Part shown: positions 17,339 to 26,670 of the stretch, one piece after another
How the letters are laid out: every line of letters starts with the position of its first letter
Numbering within the stretch: the first letter of the stretch is position 1
IMG/VR virus record: IMGVR_UViG_3300037462_000914
Span: 1 to 37,256 of that record
Reading direction: 5' to 3' (one strand)
DNA length: 37,256 bases
DNA from: a virus
Taxonomy: Duplodnaviria; Caudoviricetes
The notes under the pieces: generated by a model
Seen by the model: the letters and a program-made list of their open reading frames with translations, nothing else
The model's database searches: none
Told to the model about the DNA's origin: nothing
Translations under genes and position numbers: made by a program

Positions 17339-18328
17339 CTTCGTTTTCACGTTCTTGATCAGGGCGTTGTAGGCCTCGGCGTTGTTTTTGCGCATCTCGC
17401 CCAGACCGGCCGGGTCGCGCCGCTGCCAGTCGGTCAGCGTCCACGCCTTGCGTTCGTCGGCCACGGCCGCAGCCTGCGCCAGTTGCGCGCCGATGGGCGT
17501 GTAGGCGGCCATGCCGTCAATCACCGCCTTGGTGGCGTCGTAGTTCAGCTCGGCCAGCGTGCGGTAGTGGGCCTCCTGCGCCTTGGTGATTTTGCCAGCC
17601 GCCAAGGCGGCGTCCACCAGCACGGCGGCCTTTTCCTTGGCCGCGCCCAAGCTCAGCTCGGCCACCTTGTCCTCCAGGGTTTTCATCGTGGTGGCGTTGG
17701 CGGCCAGTTCGCCGGCCAGCTTGGCGTTGGCCGCCGTCAGTTCGGTCACTTTCTGCAAGGCTTCGGCCTCGGTGGCGTTGTCGGCCAGGCCGAGCTGCTT
17801 CAGTACGGTTTTCATTATTGGCTCAGTTTTGGGTTGTTCGGAGAATATGGACTTCATCACCTCGGCGGTCATGCCGCCGTCGCTCTGCGAAAGGGTCACG
17901 TTGCGTTTCATGCAGGCCAGCCGCGTGGCGTTGGCCAGGGCCGGGATGTCGGCGATGGAGATTTCGAGCAAGTCGAACCTGGTCACCACCGGTATCTGCT
18001 GGCCGGGCACGAGCGGGTTGGCCTCGTACTCGATTGAGTCATAGTCCACGTCGAGGCCCACCGACACGGCGTTCAAAAAACCCTCGGCCACTTGGCGGGC
18101 TATCTTGCCGCCGTGTTCGTCGGCTTCGTCGAACACCGGCAGGGCCGTCCAGCGGCCGTCTTCGTACTTCAGGTCCTCCCACCTGCCGATCACCCCGCTC
18201 CAACGGTCGTGCCGGTAGAACATGACGGGGTTCTTCAGGAAGTTCTCGACCGCCATGTTCTCCGCCTTCACGCGGTAGCCGTAGCGGTTGATGCTGCTGT
18301 CCAGTATGACGAAGCGGGGATAGGCCAA
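17336..18328 (-). CDS. Prohead protease fused to scaffold (Mu gpI/gpZ-like)
   Basis: NRYGYRV...FLKNPVMFYRH...IGRW...GFLNAVSVG...LLEISIADIPA, then an Ala-rich helical C-terminus; TTG start. Confidence 0.85.
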   Translation of the reverse strand: MAYPRFVILDSSINRYGYRVKAENMAVENFLKNPVMFYRHDRWSGVIGRWEDLKYEDGRWTALPVFDEADEHGGKIARQVAEGFLNAVSVGLDVDYDSIEYEANPLVPGQQIPVVTRFDLLEISIADIPALANATRLACMKRNVTLSQSDGGMTAEVMKSIFSEQPKTEPIMKTVLKQLGLADNATEAEALQKVTELTAANAKLAGELAANATTMKTLEDKVAELSLGAAKEKAAVLVDAALAAGKITKAQEAHYRTLAELNYDATKAVIDGMAAYTPIGAQLAQAAAVADERKAWTLTDWQRRDPAGLGEMRKNNAEAYNALIKNVKTK

Positions 18329-18362
18329 TTCAATTACGAATTACGAATTGTGAATTACGAAT
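18326..18362 (-). repeat. Single-arm GAATTAC heptamer array overlapping the protease start
   Basis: caattcaattacgaattacgaattgtgaattacgaat. Confidence 0.75.
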
Positions 18363-18523
18363 GGCGGGCAACACCAGTGTTTGCAGTGACAAAATTGGGC
18401 GGCGGCGGGGCGTGCGGCAAATCGGGTTGGCGCTTTGCGGTTTGTAGAATTTGTAGTGAATCGCTATAATTGCATCAGATTTCTCCGCTCCCGCCCGCCC
18501 GGGCATTTCGCACTACTTTTACG

Positions 18524-18730
18524 ATGCCGAAACGCAAGAACGAACTCTTGGAACGACGCAACGCACTCATCGTGCGCGATTTCGACCGGCTGTTCAGCGA
18601 AGGCTACCGGTTCGAGAAGTGCTTCGAGAAACTTGGCGACAAGTATTTCCTGTCTCCCGACACCGTGAACGGCATCGTTTGGCGGGCCAAAGCCGCCGCC
18701 AAAGCCGCCGCCGACGCGTCTGCCGCCTGA
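18524..18730 (+). CDS. Mor/C-like small HTH transcription activator
   Basis: RRNALIVRDF...EKLGDKYFLSPDTVNGIV resembles the Mor-type HTH. Confidence 0.55.
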   Translation: MPKRKNELLERRNALIVRDFDRLFSEGYRFEKCFEKLGDKYFLSPDTVNGIVWRAKAAAKAAADASAA

Positions 18731-18831
18731 AGGCCATTCCAACACCGTTCAAATGCCGTTTAAACTCTTTCGTGTTCAACGAACGGGCTTGTGCGCCTAC
18801 GTGCGTTCGGTTCAACAAACGGATGCGTCTA

Positions 18832-19281
18832 ATGTCAGCTAATGAGGAAATCCCGAAGAGGAGGCGAAAGAAGAGTTTGTCCAACGACGAGCTGCGCGAG
18901 GTGGCCAAGCTGCTCTTCATCCAGACCGACCTGAGCCAAAAGGAAATCGCCGTGCGCACCGGCTGCAACGAACACATGGTGGGCCGGTGGATCAAGGCCT
19001 ACAACTGGCACAAGCTCAAAATCTCGGAGCATTCTTACAAAGACACCATCCGGGTGAAGCTGCTGGCCCGCTACCAGGAGGCGTTGGACAACAACGCGCC
19101 GCTGGAGGAGCTGCAGGCCCTGAGCGTGGAAATCGAGAAGATGCCCGCCACCAGCGTGCCGCCCCAGCAGGCGGTCAAGATCGTGAAGGACCTGACGCGC
19201 TACCTGTTGGAAAAGGATGTCGAGTTGGGCAAATCGCTGATCAGCCACGCCGACGATTTCATCAAGACACACTATTATTAA
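18832..19281 (+). CDS. Terminase small subunit-like HTH protein (Mu gp27-like)
   Basis: REVAKLLFIQTDLSQKEIAVRTGCNEHMVGRWIKAYNW; directly upstream of TerL. Start may be 18823. Confidence 0.7.
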   Translation: MSANEEIPKRRRKKSLSNDELREVAKLLFIQTDLSQKEIAVRTGCNEHMVGRWIKAYNWHKLKISEHSYKDTIRVKLLARYQEALDNNAPLEELQALSVEIEKMPATSVPPQQAVKIVKDLTRYLLEKDVELGKSLISHADDFIKTHYY

Positions 19282-19380
19282 TTAAGAATTAAGAATTCAG
19301 AATTAAGAATGAAGGGCGGCGGCTTTGCGGCCATGCACCGGGTTCTGAATTCTGAATTCTTAATTCTGAATTCTTAATTA
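19279..19380 (+). repeat. Inverted heptamer-array hairpin, GAATTAA/GAATTCT family
   Basis: TAA ttaagaa ttaagaa ttcagaa ttaagaa, GC-rich loop, then ttctgaa ttctgaa ttcttaa ttctgaa ttcttaa tta. Confidence 0.9.
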
Positions 19381-19383
19381 AAA

Positions 19384-20910
19384 ATGGGTTTCGACGCACG
19401 CAGACAGCTCACCCGCCAGCAGAAGGCCGACTGGGAGATATTCAAGCGGCAGGTCACCGGCGCGACGGAAACGTTTTTGGAAACGCCGGACGAGAAGGCG
19501 GCGCGGCTGGCCGGTTTCCGGACGGACTACAACGCGTTCTTCCGATATTACTTCCCGCACTACGCCGAGTGCGACTGCGCCGACTACCACATCGAGGTGG
19601 CCGAAAACCTGCGCGACAACCCGATCATCACCCAGTTCAACATCGTTTACCGGGGCGGGGCCAAGTCGGTGCACGGCAACATGGGCATCCCGCTGTGGCT
19701 CATCTTCGTCTTCGACCAGGTCAGCTTCATGCTGCTCATCGGCGAAAACGAGCGGAAGGCCAGCCTGCTGCTGCGCGACATCCAGGTGGAGCTACAGTAC
19801 AACCAGCGGCTCATCGCCGACCACGGGGTGCAGATGCAGTACGGCGACTGGAGCGAGGCCGAGTTCAAGATTCAGAAGGGTACGCTGTTCAAGTGCCTCG
19901 GCATCAACCAGAGTGCGCGGGGCCTGCGCAACATGCAGCACCGGCCCGACCTGGTGAGCGTGGACGACGTGGAGGACCGAAAGAAGGCCAAGAACCCCGA
20001 GATAGTGGCCGAACGCATCGACAAAATCACCGGCGACGTGATGGGTGCCTTCGCCAAGGACCGCCAGCGGCTGCTGGTGAACAACAACCTGATCCACAAG
20101 AGCGGCGTGGTGGCCGGGCTTTTGGACAAGCTGGGCAACAAGGACACCACCCGCATCCTGGTGCGCAACGCCACCGATGCCGACGGCAACCCGACGTGGC
20201 CGCAGCGGTTCACCCGCCAGTACTGGGCCGACAAGAAGGCTAACACGCCAAGTGCCCAGTGGGAACGCGAGTGGATGAATAACCCCGTTGAGGAAGGGTT
20301 GCTGTTCAAGGCCGAGTGGATGACGTTCAAGCCGATATCGCTGCTGGCCCCGCCGGTGCCGAAAATCGTGGTGTACGGCGACTTGAGCTACAAGGCCAGC
20401 GGCGACTACAAGGCGCTGGTGGCCGGGTGGAAGCACGGCGACTCCTATTATATATACGACGCATTCGTCAGGAAGACGACGCTGGCCAACGTGATCGACT
20501 GGTGCTACGACTTCCGCAAGTGGGTGCCGGAGAATATCATGGTCGAGTTCTGGGTGGAGGCCAACTTCATCCAGGACATGTTTTTGGACGAGTTCTACGC
20601 CGAGGCCGCCAAACGCGGCAAACAGCTCAACATCCGGCCCGACAAACGGGCCAAGCCCGACAAGTACATCCGCATCGAGGCGTTGACCCCGGCGTTCCAG
20701 CGCGGCAAGGTGTTTTTCAACGAACTGCGCAAAGGCTCCAAGGACATGGAGAAACTCGTCGACCAGTTCCTTTTGTTCGAGAAAGGCAGCAGTGCCAACG
20801 ACGACGGCCCCGACGCGTGCGAAGGGCTGTTCGACAAGCTGAACGCCCAGTCGAAGGCCGGGCTGTTCCCTAACCTGTTCATACCCAAAACCCGCAAGAA
20901 CGCATGGTAA
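19384..20910 (+). CDS. Terminase large subunit (Mu gp28-like)
   Basis: YRGGAKS (Walker A-like), RPDLVSVDDVE (Walker B), nuclease motifs GDLSYK..DYKA and NDDGPDA. Confidence 0.9.
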   Translation: MGFDARRQLTRQQKADWEIFKRQVTGATETFLETPDEKAARLAGFRTDYNAFFRYYFPHYAECDCADYHIEVAENLRDNPIITQFNIVYRGGAKSVHGNMGIPLWLIFVFDQVSFMLLIGENERKASLLLRDIQVELQYNQRLIADHGVQMQYGDWSEAEFKIQKGTLFKCLGINQSARGLRNMQHRPDLVSVDDVEDRKKAKNPEIVAERIDKITGDVMGAFAKDRQRLLVNNNLIHKSGVVAGLLDKLGNKDTTRILVRNATDADGNPTWPQRFTRQYWADKKANTPSAQWEREWMNNPVEEGLLFKAEWMTFKPISLLAPPVPKIVVYGDLSYKASGDYKALVAGWKHGDSYYIYDAFVRKTTLANVIDWCYDFRKWVPENIMVEFWVEANFIQDMFLDEFYAEAAKRGKQLNIRPDKRAKPDKYIRIEALTPAFQRGKVFFNELRKGSKDMEKLVDQFLLFEKGSSANDDGPDACEGLFDKLNAQSKAGLFPNLFIPKTRKNAW

Positions 20911-21233
20911 GAACCAAACTGCCGACGCTGTACATCAGCCACAGTTGGGTGGGCGGCACGGTGAACATCAACCGGCCCGGCTTCGACTTCACCGGTGCGT
21001 CGGTCAGGTGCGTGCTGCGCCGCATCGAAGCCGGGCCGGTCGTACACGCCTTCGACCTGGTTGCCGAACGCGTTCCCGGTCGCTTGTCGGTCACGCTCAG
21101 CCTCACACCGGCCCAAACCGTAGCCCTGGTGCGCGGCGAACTGCTCGGCGACGTGCGGCTCGAACTGCCCGACGGCACCACGGCCTATTTGTTTCCTTTC
21201 TCGGTGCCGGTGGAGGCGGTCGTCACCACGTGA
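20904..21233 (+). CDS. Hypothetical beta-rich virion protein
   Basis: DFTGASVRC...LSLTPAQT...DVRLELPDG; overlaps the TerL stop. Confidence 0.6.
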   Translation: MVRTKLPTLYISHSWVGGTVNINRPGFDFTGASVRCVLRRIEAGPVVHAFDLVAERVPGRLSVTLSLTPAQTVALVRGELLGDVRLELPDGTTAYLFPFSVPVEAVVTT

Positions 21234-21496
21234 ACACGTACAACATCGAATACCTGCCGCCCCAGCCGGTGGTTTACAATGTCGTGCTGGAGATGTCGGC
21301 CCTGCCGTTCGCCCCGGTCGTAAGGGAGTTCGCCAACCAGTCCGACTTCACCCTGACCCACAACCGTGGCCGGGCCGTGGCCGTGGCCGTGCAGGTCGGC
21401 GGCGAAACAATCGGTGCCGACGTTTCGCATCCGGACGCAAACACGGTGCGCATCCGATTGTCAACGCCGCTGTCGGGCGTTGTCATTATTATATAG
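21230..21496 (+). CDS. Small fibre-adaptor-like protein
   Basis: GTG start in a GTGA overlap; FTLTHNRG...DANTVRIRLSTPLSG. Confidence 0.6.
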   Translation: MNTYNIEYLPPQPVVYNVVLEMSALPFAPVVREFANQSDFTLTHNRGRAVAVAVQVGGETIGADVSHPDANTVRIRLSTPLSGVVIII

Positions 21497-21535
21497 CTAT
21501 TAGCCAAAGACTAACGACTAAAGACTAACGACTAT
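21494..21535 (+). repeat. Partial nested heptamer element
   Basis: TAG ctattagccaaagactaacgactaaagactaacgactata resembles the reverse complement of 13253-13314. Confidence 0.75.
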
Positions 21536-21539
21536 AAAC

Positions 21540-22253
21540 ATGGCACAACAAAAGGTTTACACCGACCTGAACCTGCTGCGCAACCAGCTTCTGCTGGCCA
21601 GGTTCCAGAACTCCAACGTGGCACCCACCACGCCCGACGAGGGCCAGTTCTATTTCGACACGAACAACAAGGCGTTTCTGGGCTGGAACGGAACGGCGTG
21701 GATTGACCTGGGCGCGGTCGCATCGTCCGGCGTGACTATCAGGGGCGACATCGCCAACGCCGACACCAGCCCGGCCTTCCCCTCCAACCCCGACGTGGGC
21801 GACACATGGTTCGTGACCACCGTGGCGGGTACGGTCGGCGGACAGGCCGTGGATATTGGCGACCAACTCATCTACACTTCCTCCGGCTGGCGCATCATCC
21901 AAGCCAACCTTCGTTCGGCAACCGAACTCATCGCCGGTTTCGTGCGCATGGCCACGCAAGCGGAGGCCGATGCGGGCAGTTCCGACACCATCGCCATCAC
22001 GCCGTTGAAACTGGCCAATTTCCTGACGGGCAAAGGCTATGTGCGCAAAGCGGTGCAAGTGACCAACCTGACGGCAAACACCGCCTTCACCTTCAGCCAC
22101 GGGCTTGGGTTGGCTGACCAAAACGACCTGTCGGTTTCGGCGTGGCAGGCAAACGAGCAAATCATGCTCGCCGTGCGGTCGGTGTCGGCCAACGCCGTCG
22201 AGGTCGAGTCCAACGTAACCCTTTCCAACGTCAAACTCGTAGCCTTGGCCTGA
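21540..22253 (+). CDS. Fibre-like virion protein
   Basis: EGQFYFDT, and ATELIAGFVRMATQAEADAG..DTIAITPLKL, a fibre repeat motif. Confidence 0.7.
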   Translation: MAQQKVYTDLNLLRNQLLLARFQNSNVAPTTPDEGQFYFDTNNKAFLGWNGTAWIDLGAVASSGVTIRGDIANADTSPAFPSNPDVGDTWFVTTVAGTVGGQAVDIGDQLIYTSSGWRIIQANLRSATELIAGFVRMATQAEADAGSSDTIAITPLKLANFLTGKGYVRKAVQVTNLTANTAFTFSHGLGLADQNDLSVSAWQANEQIMLAVRSVSANAVEVESNVTLSNVKLVALA

Positions 22254-22972
22254 TGGGTAGCACGCGCATATACACCGACTTGGAGATGGCGGGCGGGCTG
22301 GTTGCCGGGCTTTCGGCGCGGCGCAAGTTCTATGCCTTCAACGACTTCGTTTCGGCCGCATCCAACCACGAGTGGGCCGTCACGCAGGCGGGAACCTCCG
22401 CCGCATTGACGCTGGCGGCGGCGGTGGCGGGTACGCTGGGACTGGCCCAGTTCCGCCTCGGCACCACGGCCACCGGGCGGGTGACGGTGATGAGCGTGGC
22501 CACCGACTGCATACTGCTCGGGAATGGCAAGGCACGCTACGCACAGAGGTACCGCCCGCTGCTGCTCTCGACGGCCACCGACACCTACACCACACGGCTC
22601 GGATTCATCAATTCGGCCACGGCCGAGCCGAGCAACGGCTGCTATTTCCGCTACCGCCACGATTTGAACGGCGGGCGTTGGCAGGCCGTTTGCCGGGCCA
22701 ACAACGTCGAGACGGCCAGTGCGATTGACACCGGCGTTGCGGCCACGGCCAACGTGTGGACGCTGATGGAGGTGCGCCTGAACGCCGACGCATCACGGGC
22801 GACGTTTTTGATCAACGATACGGAAGTGGCATCTGTCACGGCCAACATCCCGACCGGCTCGTTGAGAACCGCCTACGGCATGTCCGTGATTCGCAGCGTC
22901 GGCACCGCCGACATCACCGTGGCGCAAACCGACTACGCCGAAACCGAGTACCTGTTCACCAGCCCAAGGTAG
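22253..22972 (+). CDS. Putative lectin-fold fibre/decoration protein
   Basis: ATG in a TGATG overlap; beta-rich, DTGVAA..N.W...F.IN pattern. Confidence 0.6.
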   Translation: MGSTRIYTDLEMAGGLVAGLSARRKFYAFNDFVSAASNHEWAVTQAGTSAALTLAAAVAGTLGLAQFRLGTTATGRVTVMSVATDCILLGNGKARYAQRYRPLLLSTATDTYTTRLGFINSATAEPSNGCYFRYRHDLNGGRWQAVCRANNVETASAIDTGVAATANVWTLMEVRLNADASRATFLINDTEVASVTANIPTGSLRTAYGMSVIRSVGTADITVAQTDYAETEYLFTSPR

Positions 22973-22974
22973 CC

Positions 22975-23397
22975 ATGACATTCCTCGAAACGCCCGACTT
23001 CACCAAGCAGATCAAAACCGACGTGCTCGAACGCATCATCCAGCAGGATTACGCCGTGCTGGCCGATGCCGAACTGTCGGCCATATCCGAGATGCAGAGC
23101 TACCTCGGCGTGCGGCTCGACGTTGCGCAGATTTTTGCCCAAAACGGCCCGGCCCGCCATCCGCTGGTGGTCATGTTCTGCGTGGACATCCTGCTGTACC
23201 ACATCCACAGCAGGCTCAACCCCAACCAGATTCCGCAACTTCGCATCGACCGCTACGAGGCGGCCGTCGCCTGGTGCAGGCAGGCCGGGGCCGGCACGCT
23301 CTACACCGACCTGCCGCCCAAGCCCGAAACCGAAACACCCGCCGCCGCCGGCAACATCATTTACAGCGGCCCGGCCAAACGGAACAACGAATTTTAA
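22975..23397 (+). CDS. Head-tail connector, Mu gp36/DUF1320-like
   Basis: AISEMQSYL...FCVDILLYHIH...RIDRYEAAVAW. Confidence 0.8.
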   Translation: MTFLETPDFTKQIKTDVLERIIQQDYAVLADAELSAISEMQSYLGVRLDVAQIFAQNGPARHPLVVMFCVDILLYHIHSRLNPNQIPQLRIDRYEAAVAWCRQAGAGTLYTDLPPKPETETPAAAGNIIYSGPAKRNNEF

Positions 23398-23399
23398 CT

Positions 23400-23491
23400 T
23401 CAGTGGCCAGTGGTCAGTCGTCAGTGGTCGGTGGTCAGTAGAAAACAACCGCCGACACTGACCACCGACCACTGACGACTGACCACTGACT
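23400..23491 (+). repeat. Inverted heptamer-array hairpin, AGTGGTC family
   Basis: Loop tagaaaacaaccgccgaca, the reverse orientation of the copies in minus-strand operons. Confidence 0.9.
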
Positions 23492-23492
23492 T

Positions 23493-25514
23493 ATGGCTAA
23501 AAAGACAACCGCCCCCGAAACCCTGGTCATCAACCAGATCAGGCTCATCCAACTGCAACGGCAAAAGGCCGAGATCGACCGCTGGCGCAACGCCCTGCGC
23601 AGCGCCGAGTCGGTGACCAACCCGCTGCGCCGCCCGCTGCTGGAGCTGTACCGCGAGCTGATGCTGGACGCGCACCTGTACGCCATCGTCGACAAACGCA
23701 TCCGGGCCGTCACCCGCCGCCGCTTCAGCTACGTCGAAGACGACGTTGACACCTCGGAAATCAACCGCATGTTCGCCAGCCCGTGGTTCTCGGACGTGGT
23801 CTGGTACGCGATGGAAGCCCTGTTCTGGGGCTTTTCGCTGGTGGAGCTGCACTTGGACAAGGGCATGGTGGCCAAGGCCGTGCCGGTGCCGCGCCAGCAC
23901 GTGCGGCCCGAGTTGGGCATCGTGGTGCTGGCCAACGCCAGCGAAACCGCCGGCATCGAATACCGCAAGCCGCCCTACGACACGCGGGTGCTGGAGGTGT
24001 GGCTGGAGGACGAACTGGGGCTTTTGAACATCGCCGCCGCCAACGTGATCTACAAACGCGGCGGAACCACCGACTACGCCAACTTCATCGAGATGTTCGG
24101 CTCGCCCATCCGCCAGTACGAGTACGACCCCAACGTGCCCGGCGCACGGGAGGAAACCCAAAAGGTGGCCGACGAGTCGGGCAACAGTGCCGCCATCGTC
24201 ACGCCCCGCGACTGGACGACCCTGACGCTGCACCAGGTCAACAACTCGGTCGGGGCCAGCGTGCACAGCACTTTCCTGGCCGACCTGAAGGAGGAACTGT
24301 CGGTGCTGGTGCTGGGCAACACCATGACCACCGAGGACGGCTCCAGCCTGAGCCAGGCCAAGGTGCACCAGGACGAGCAGACGGCCATGACCCAGGACGA
24401 TGTGCGGTTTGTGGAGGACGTGCTGAATTTTCACCTGAAGCCCAAGCTGGAGGCGTTGGGCTACCCGGTGGCCAAGGGGCGTTTCCAAGCCGACCAAACC
24501 GACACCACGCCCATCGAGGTGAAGCTGGACATGGATTTGAAGATGAAGGCGGCGGGCATCCCGATTGACGACGACTATTTCTACGACAAATACAAGATTC
24601 CCAAGCCGACAGGGGCGGGGCGCAAGGCTGCCGCGCCTGAAAAAAAAAAGCCTGAACCGGCCCAGTCGCTCCTGACTTTCCACGCCGCCGACTGCACCTG
24701 CGGCGGGCTGCCCACGGATCTGGCCCTGCCCACGGGTTTGTTCAAATCCATATTGAAGGTGTTTCGCCGCGTGTTCGACAAGCAGTTGAAGGCGGGCGAC
24801 ATTGACGAACAAACGTTCACCGACACCTACCAGGCGCTGGTGGACGGCATCGGGACCGGCTACGGCGACATCCGGCCCGACTACGAAACGCCCGACACCC
24901 AGATGCTGGCCCGGCTCCAAGAGCAGACGGGCGTGTTCGCCGCCCACAAGAACGCCGCCTTTGTGAAAGCATTGGCCGAGGCGTTGACCGGTGCCGACGG
25001 CAAGCTGGTGGAGTGGAACGATTTTCGCAAAATTGCCCGAAACATCCACGCCGACTACAACGTGAACTGGCTGCGCACCGAGTACAACCAGGCCGTAGCA
25101 TCGGCGCAGATGGCCAGCCGGTGGGTGGAGATCGAGGCCGCCAAGGCCGATTTTCCGAACCTGAAATACAGCACCGTGGGCGACGCCAACGTGCGGCCCG
25201 CCCACGCCAAGCTCGACGGCGTGGTGCGCCCGGTGGACGATGCGTTCTGGGACGCGGCATACCCGCCGTCCGCATGGTCTTGCCGGTGCACCGTGCAGCA
25301 ACTCGACGACACGGCCGACATCACGCCCGAAAGCCGCTACCGCAGCGTGCTCAGCGGCCCCGACTGGGACAAGCGTTTCAACGGGAACGTGGGCAAAACC
25401 GGCAAGCCCTTCGGCGAAGACTACGAGTACTACCTCTCGCTTACCCCGGAGCAGCGCAAAGCCGCCGAGCAAAAAGCGAAAGAGATATTGGAGAAAGACA
25501 ATGGCAACGACTGA
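23493..25514 (+). CDS. Portal (gp29/DUF935-like) fused to MuF/gp30 head morphogenesis domain
   Basis: N-terminal LMLDAHL...FIEMFGSP...LVLGNTMTTEDGSS.SQAKVH; C-terminal LRTEYNQA...VGDANVRPAH...YPPSAWSCRCTV. Confidence 0.88.
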   Translation: MAKKTTAPETLVINQIRLIQLQRQKAEIDRWRNALRSAESVTNPLRRPLLELYRELMLDAHLYAIVDKRIRAVTRRRFSYVEDDVDTSEINRMFASPWFSDVVWYAMEALFWGFSLVELHLDKGMVAKAVPVPRQHVRPELGIVVLANASETAGIEYRKPPYDTRVLEVWLEDELGLLNIAAANVIYKRGGTTDYANFIEMFGSPIRQYEYDPNVPGAREETQKVADESGNSAAIVTPRDWTTLTLHQVNNSVGASVHSTFLADLKEELSVLVLGNTMTTEDGSSLSQAKVHQDEQTAMTQDDVRFVEDVLNFHLKPKLEALGYPVAKGRFQADQTDTTPIEVKLDMDLKMKAAGIPIDDDYFYDKYKIPKPTGAGRKAAAPEKKKPEPAQSLLTFHAADCTCGGLPTDLALPTGLFKSILKVFRRVFDKQLKAGDIDEQTFTDTYQALVDGIGTGYGDIRPDYETPDTQMLARLQEQTGVFAAHKNAAFVKALAEALTGADGKLVEWNDFRKIARNIHADYNVNWLRTEYNQAVASAQMASRWVEIEAAKADFPNLKYSTVGDANVRPAHAKLDGVVRPVDDAFWDAAYPPSAWSCRCTVQQLDDTADITPESRYRSVLSGPDWDKRFNGNVGKTGKPFGEDYEYYLSLTPEQRKAAEQKAKEILEKDNGND

Positions 25515-25974
25515 CCCTTTCGGGCAACTCAGAAAACGCATTGACGCCGCCCTGCGCCGCCTGCCCCGCCAGGCGGGCGTGCTGGCCGTGAACCACTTTC
25601 AGGACAACTTCAGGCGGCAGGGCTTCGACGGCAAGCCGTGGAAGGAGGTCAAGCGCCGCCTGCCCACCGGCGGCCGCACCAACCGGCGCGGCACCGCCAC
25701 CCGGCTCACCTACCGCCGTGGGGCCGGCCGCACCCGTGGCATTCTGATCCAGACCGGGCGGCTGCGGCGCAGCATCCGCATCACCAAAACCACCGCCGAC
25801 TCGGTGACCGTCGGCACCGACACGCCCTACGCGGCCGTGCACAACGAAGGGCTGCGGGCCGGTCGCGGCTCGGGCTTCCAAATGCCCAAAAGACAATTCA
25901 TCGGCACCGACCGCAAGCTGAAACAGGAACTGGAGGATTTGGTCAAAAAGCAAATCACGGCCGCGTTCAAATAA
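25501..25974 (+). CDS. Virion morphogenesis protein (Mu gpG-like)
   Basis: ILIQTGRLRRSI...TPYAAVHNEG...MPKRQFIG. Confidence 0.85.
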   Translation: MATTDPFGQLRKRIDAALRRLPRQAGVLAVNHFQDNFRRQGFDGKPWKEVKRRLPTGGRTNRRGTATRLTYRRGAGRTRGILIQTGRLRRSIRITKTTADSVTVGTDTPYAAVHNEGLRAGRGSGFQMPKRQFIGTDRKLKQELEDLVKKQITAAFK

Positions 25975-26236
25975 GCGGCCTCCCCCCAACCCCCTCCGAA
26001 GGAGGGGGGGGTTTTTCTCCTCCCCCTTCGGGGGAGGACGGGAGGGGGCCGCCCACCGTGGCCAGCAACGCCGTCAGTTCGGGCAGGCGCGGCTCCACCG
26101 CCGCCGCATCGTCGCGGAAGACGAACTCCTTGATGCTTCCCTTGGGCAGCCCGCAGCGGGTCTCGATGACCCGCCAATTAAAAAGCCCTCCCCGGCTGGC
26201 GAGGAAGGCTTGGATTTGCCTGAGTTCGGGTGTCAT
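25967..26236 (-). CDS. Small hypothetical protein, possible HTH; C-terminus read through REP-like repeats
   Basis: FNWRVIETRCGLPKGSI; ATGA-coupled to the upstream gene. Confidence 0.5.
   Translation of the reverse strand: MTPELRQIQAFLASRGGLFNWRVIETRCGLPKGSIKEFVFRDDAAAVEPRLPELTALLATVGGPLPSSPEGGGEKPPPPSEGVGGRPLI
25977..26051. repeat. Head-to-head pair of REP-like GC hairpins between convergent operons; the left copy is followed by a T-tract (terminator-like)
   Basis: ggcctccccccaaccccctccgaaggagggggggg ttttt, then ctcctcccccttcgggggaggacgggagggggcc. Confidence 0.75.
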
Positions 26237-26508
26237 TTCAGGTAGGCGTTCAGGATGGCGAACAACACCCCGGCTATCACGGCCACCTGCCCAATCCAGA
26301 ACATGAACATCAGCCGGGCCTGCTCCTTGAAGCCCCGCTCCATTTCCACCCGCAAATCGGCAATGTCCCGCTTGGTGGCCAGCACCTCCTTTTGGTCGGC
26401 GAACTTCTGGCTCACCTCCGCTTCCACAAAGCCCACCAACGCCTTAGCCTCTTTCTCGCCCACCCTGGCCTTTAAAATGTCGTAAAGTTCAATCTGTGAC
26501 ACGTTCAT
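26233..26508 (-). CDS. DUF1640/CCDC90-like coiled-coil membrane protein
   Basis: LATKRDIADLRVEM followed by a C-terminal TM segment. Confidence 0.65.
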   Translation of the reverse strand: MNVSQIELYDILKARVGEKEAKALVGFVEAEVSQKFADQKEVLATKRDIADLRVEMERGFKEQARLMFMFWIGQVAVIAGVLFAILNAYLK

Positions 26509-26582
26509 TTCCTTTGCTGTTCGGAGTACGCCGTCCCGCGTTTTTGGTTAAATTTGCTATACCATTAATACGTTTAAACACC

Positions 26583-26590
26583 CAAAGATA
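26583..26590 (-). promoter_or_regulatory. Bacteroidota-type -7 promoter element TATCTTTG
   Basis: Matches TAnnTTTG, about 75 nt upstream of the 26508 start. Confidence 0.5.
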
Positions 26591-26626
26591 ACCTTTTTGT
26601 AGCGCAAAAACACCACGAAACAAGAC

Positions 26627-26670
26627 AAAAAAAAGCCCCTCTCCTTCGGAGAGGGGTTGGGGTGAGGCCG
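26627..26670 (-). terminator. REP-like hairpin with U-tract ending the rha operon
   Basis: Sense: TAG cggcctcaccccaa cccctctcc gaa ggagagggg c tttttttt. Confidence 0.7.
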
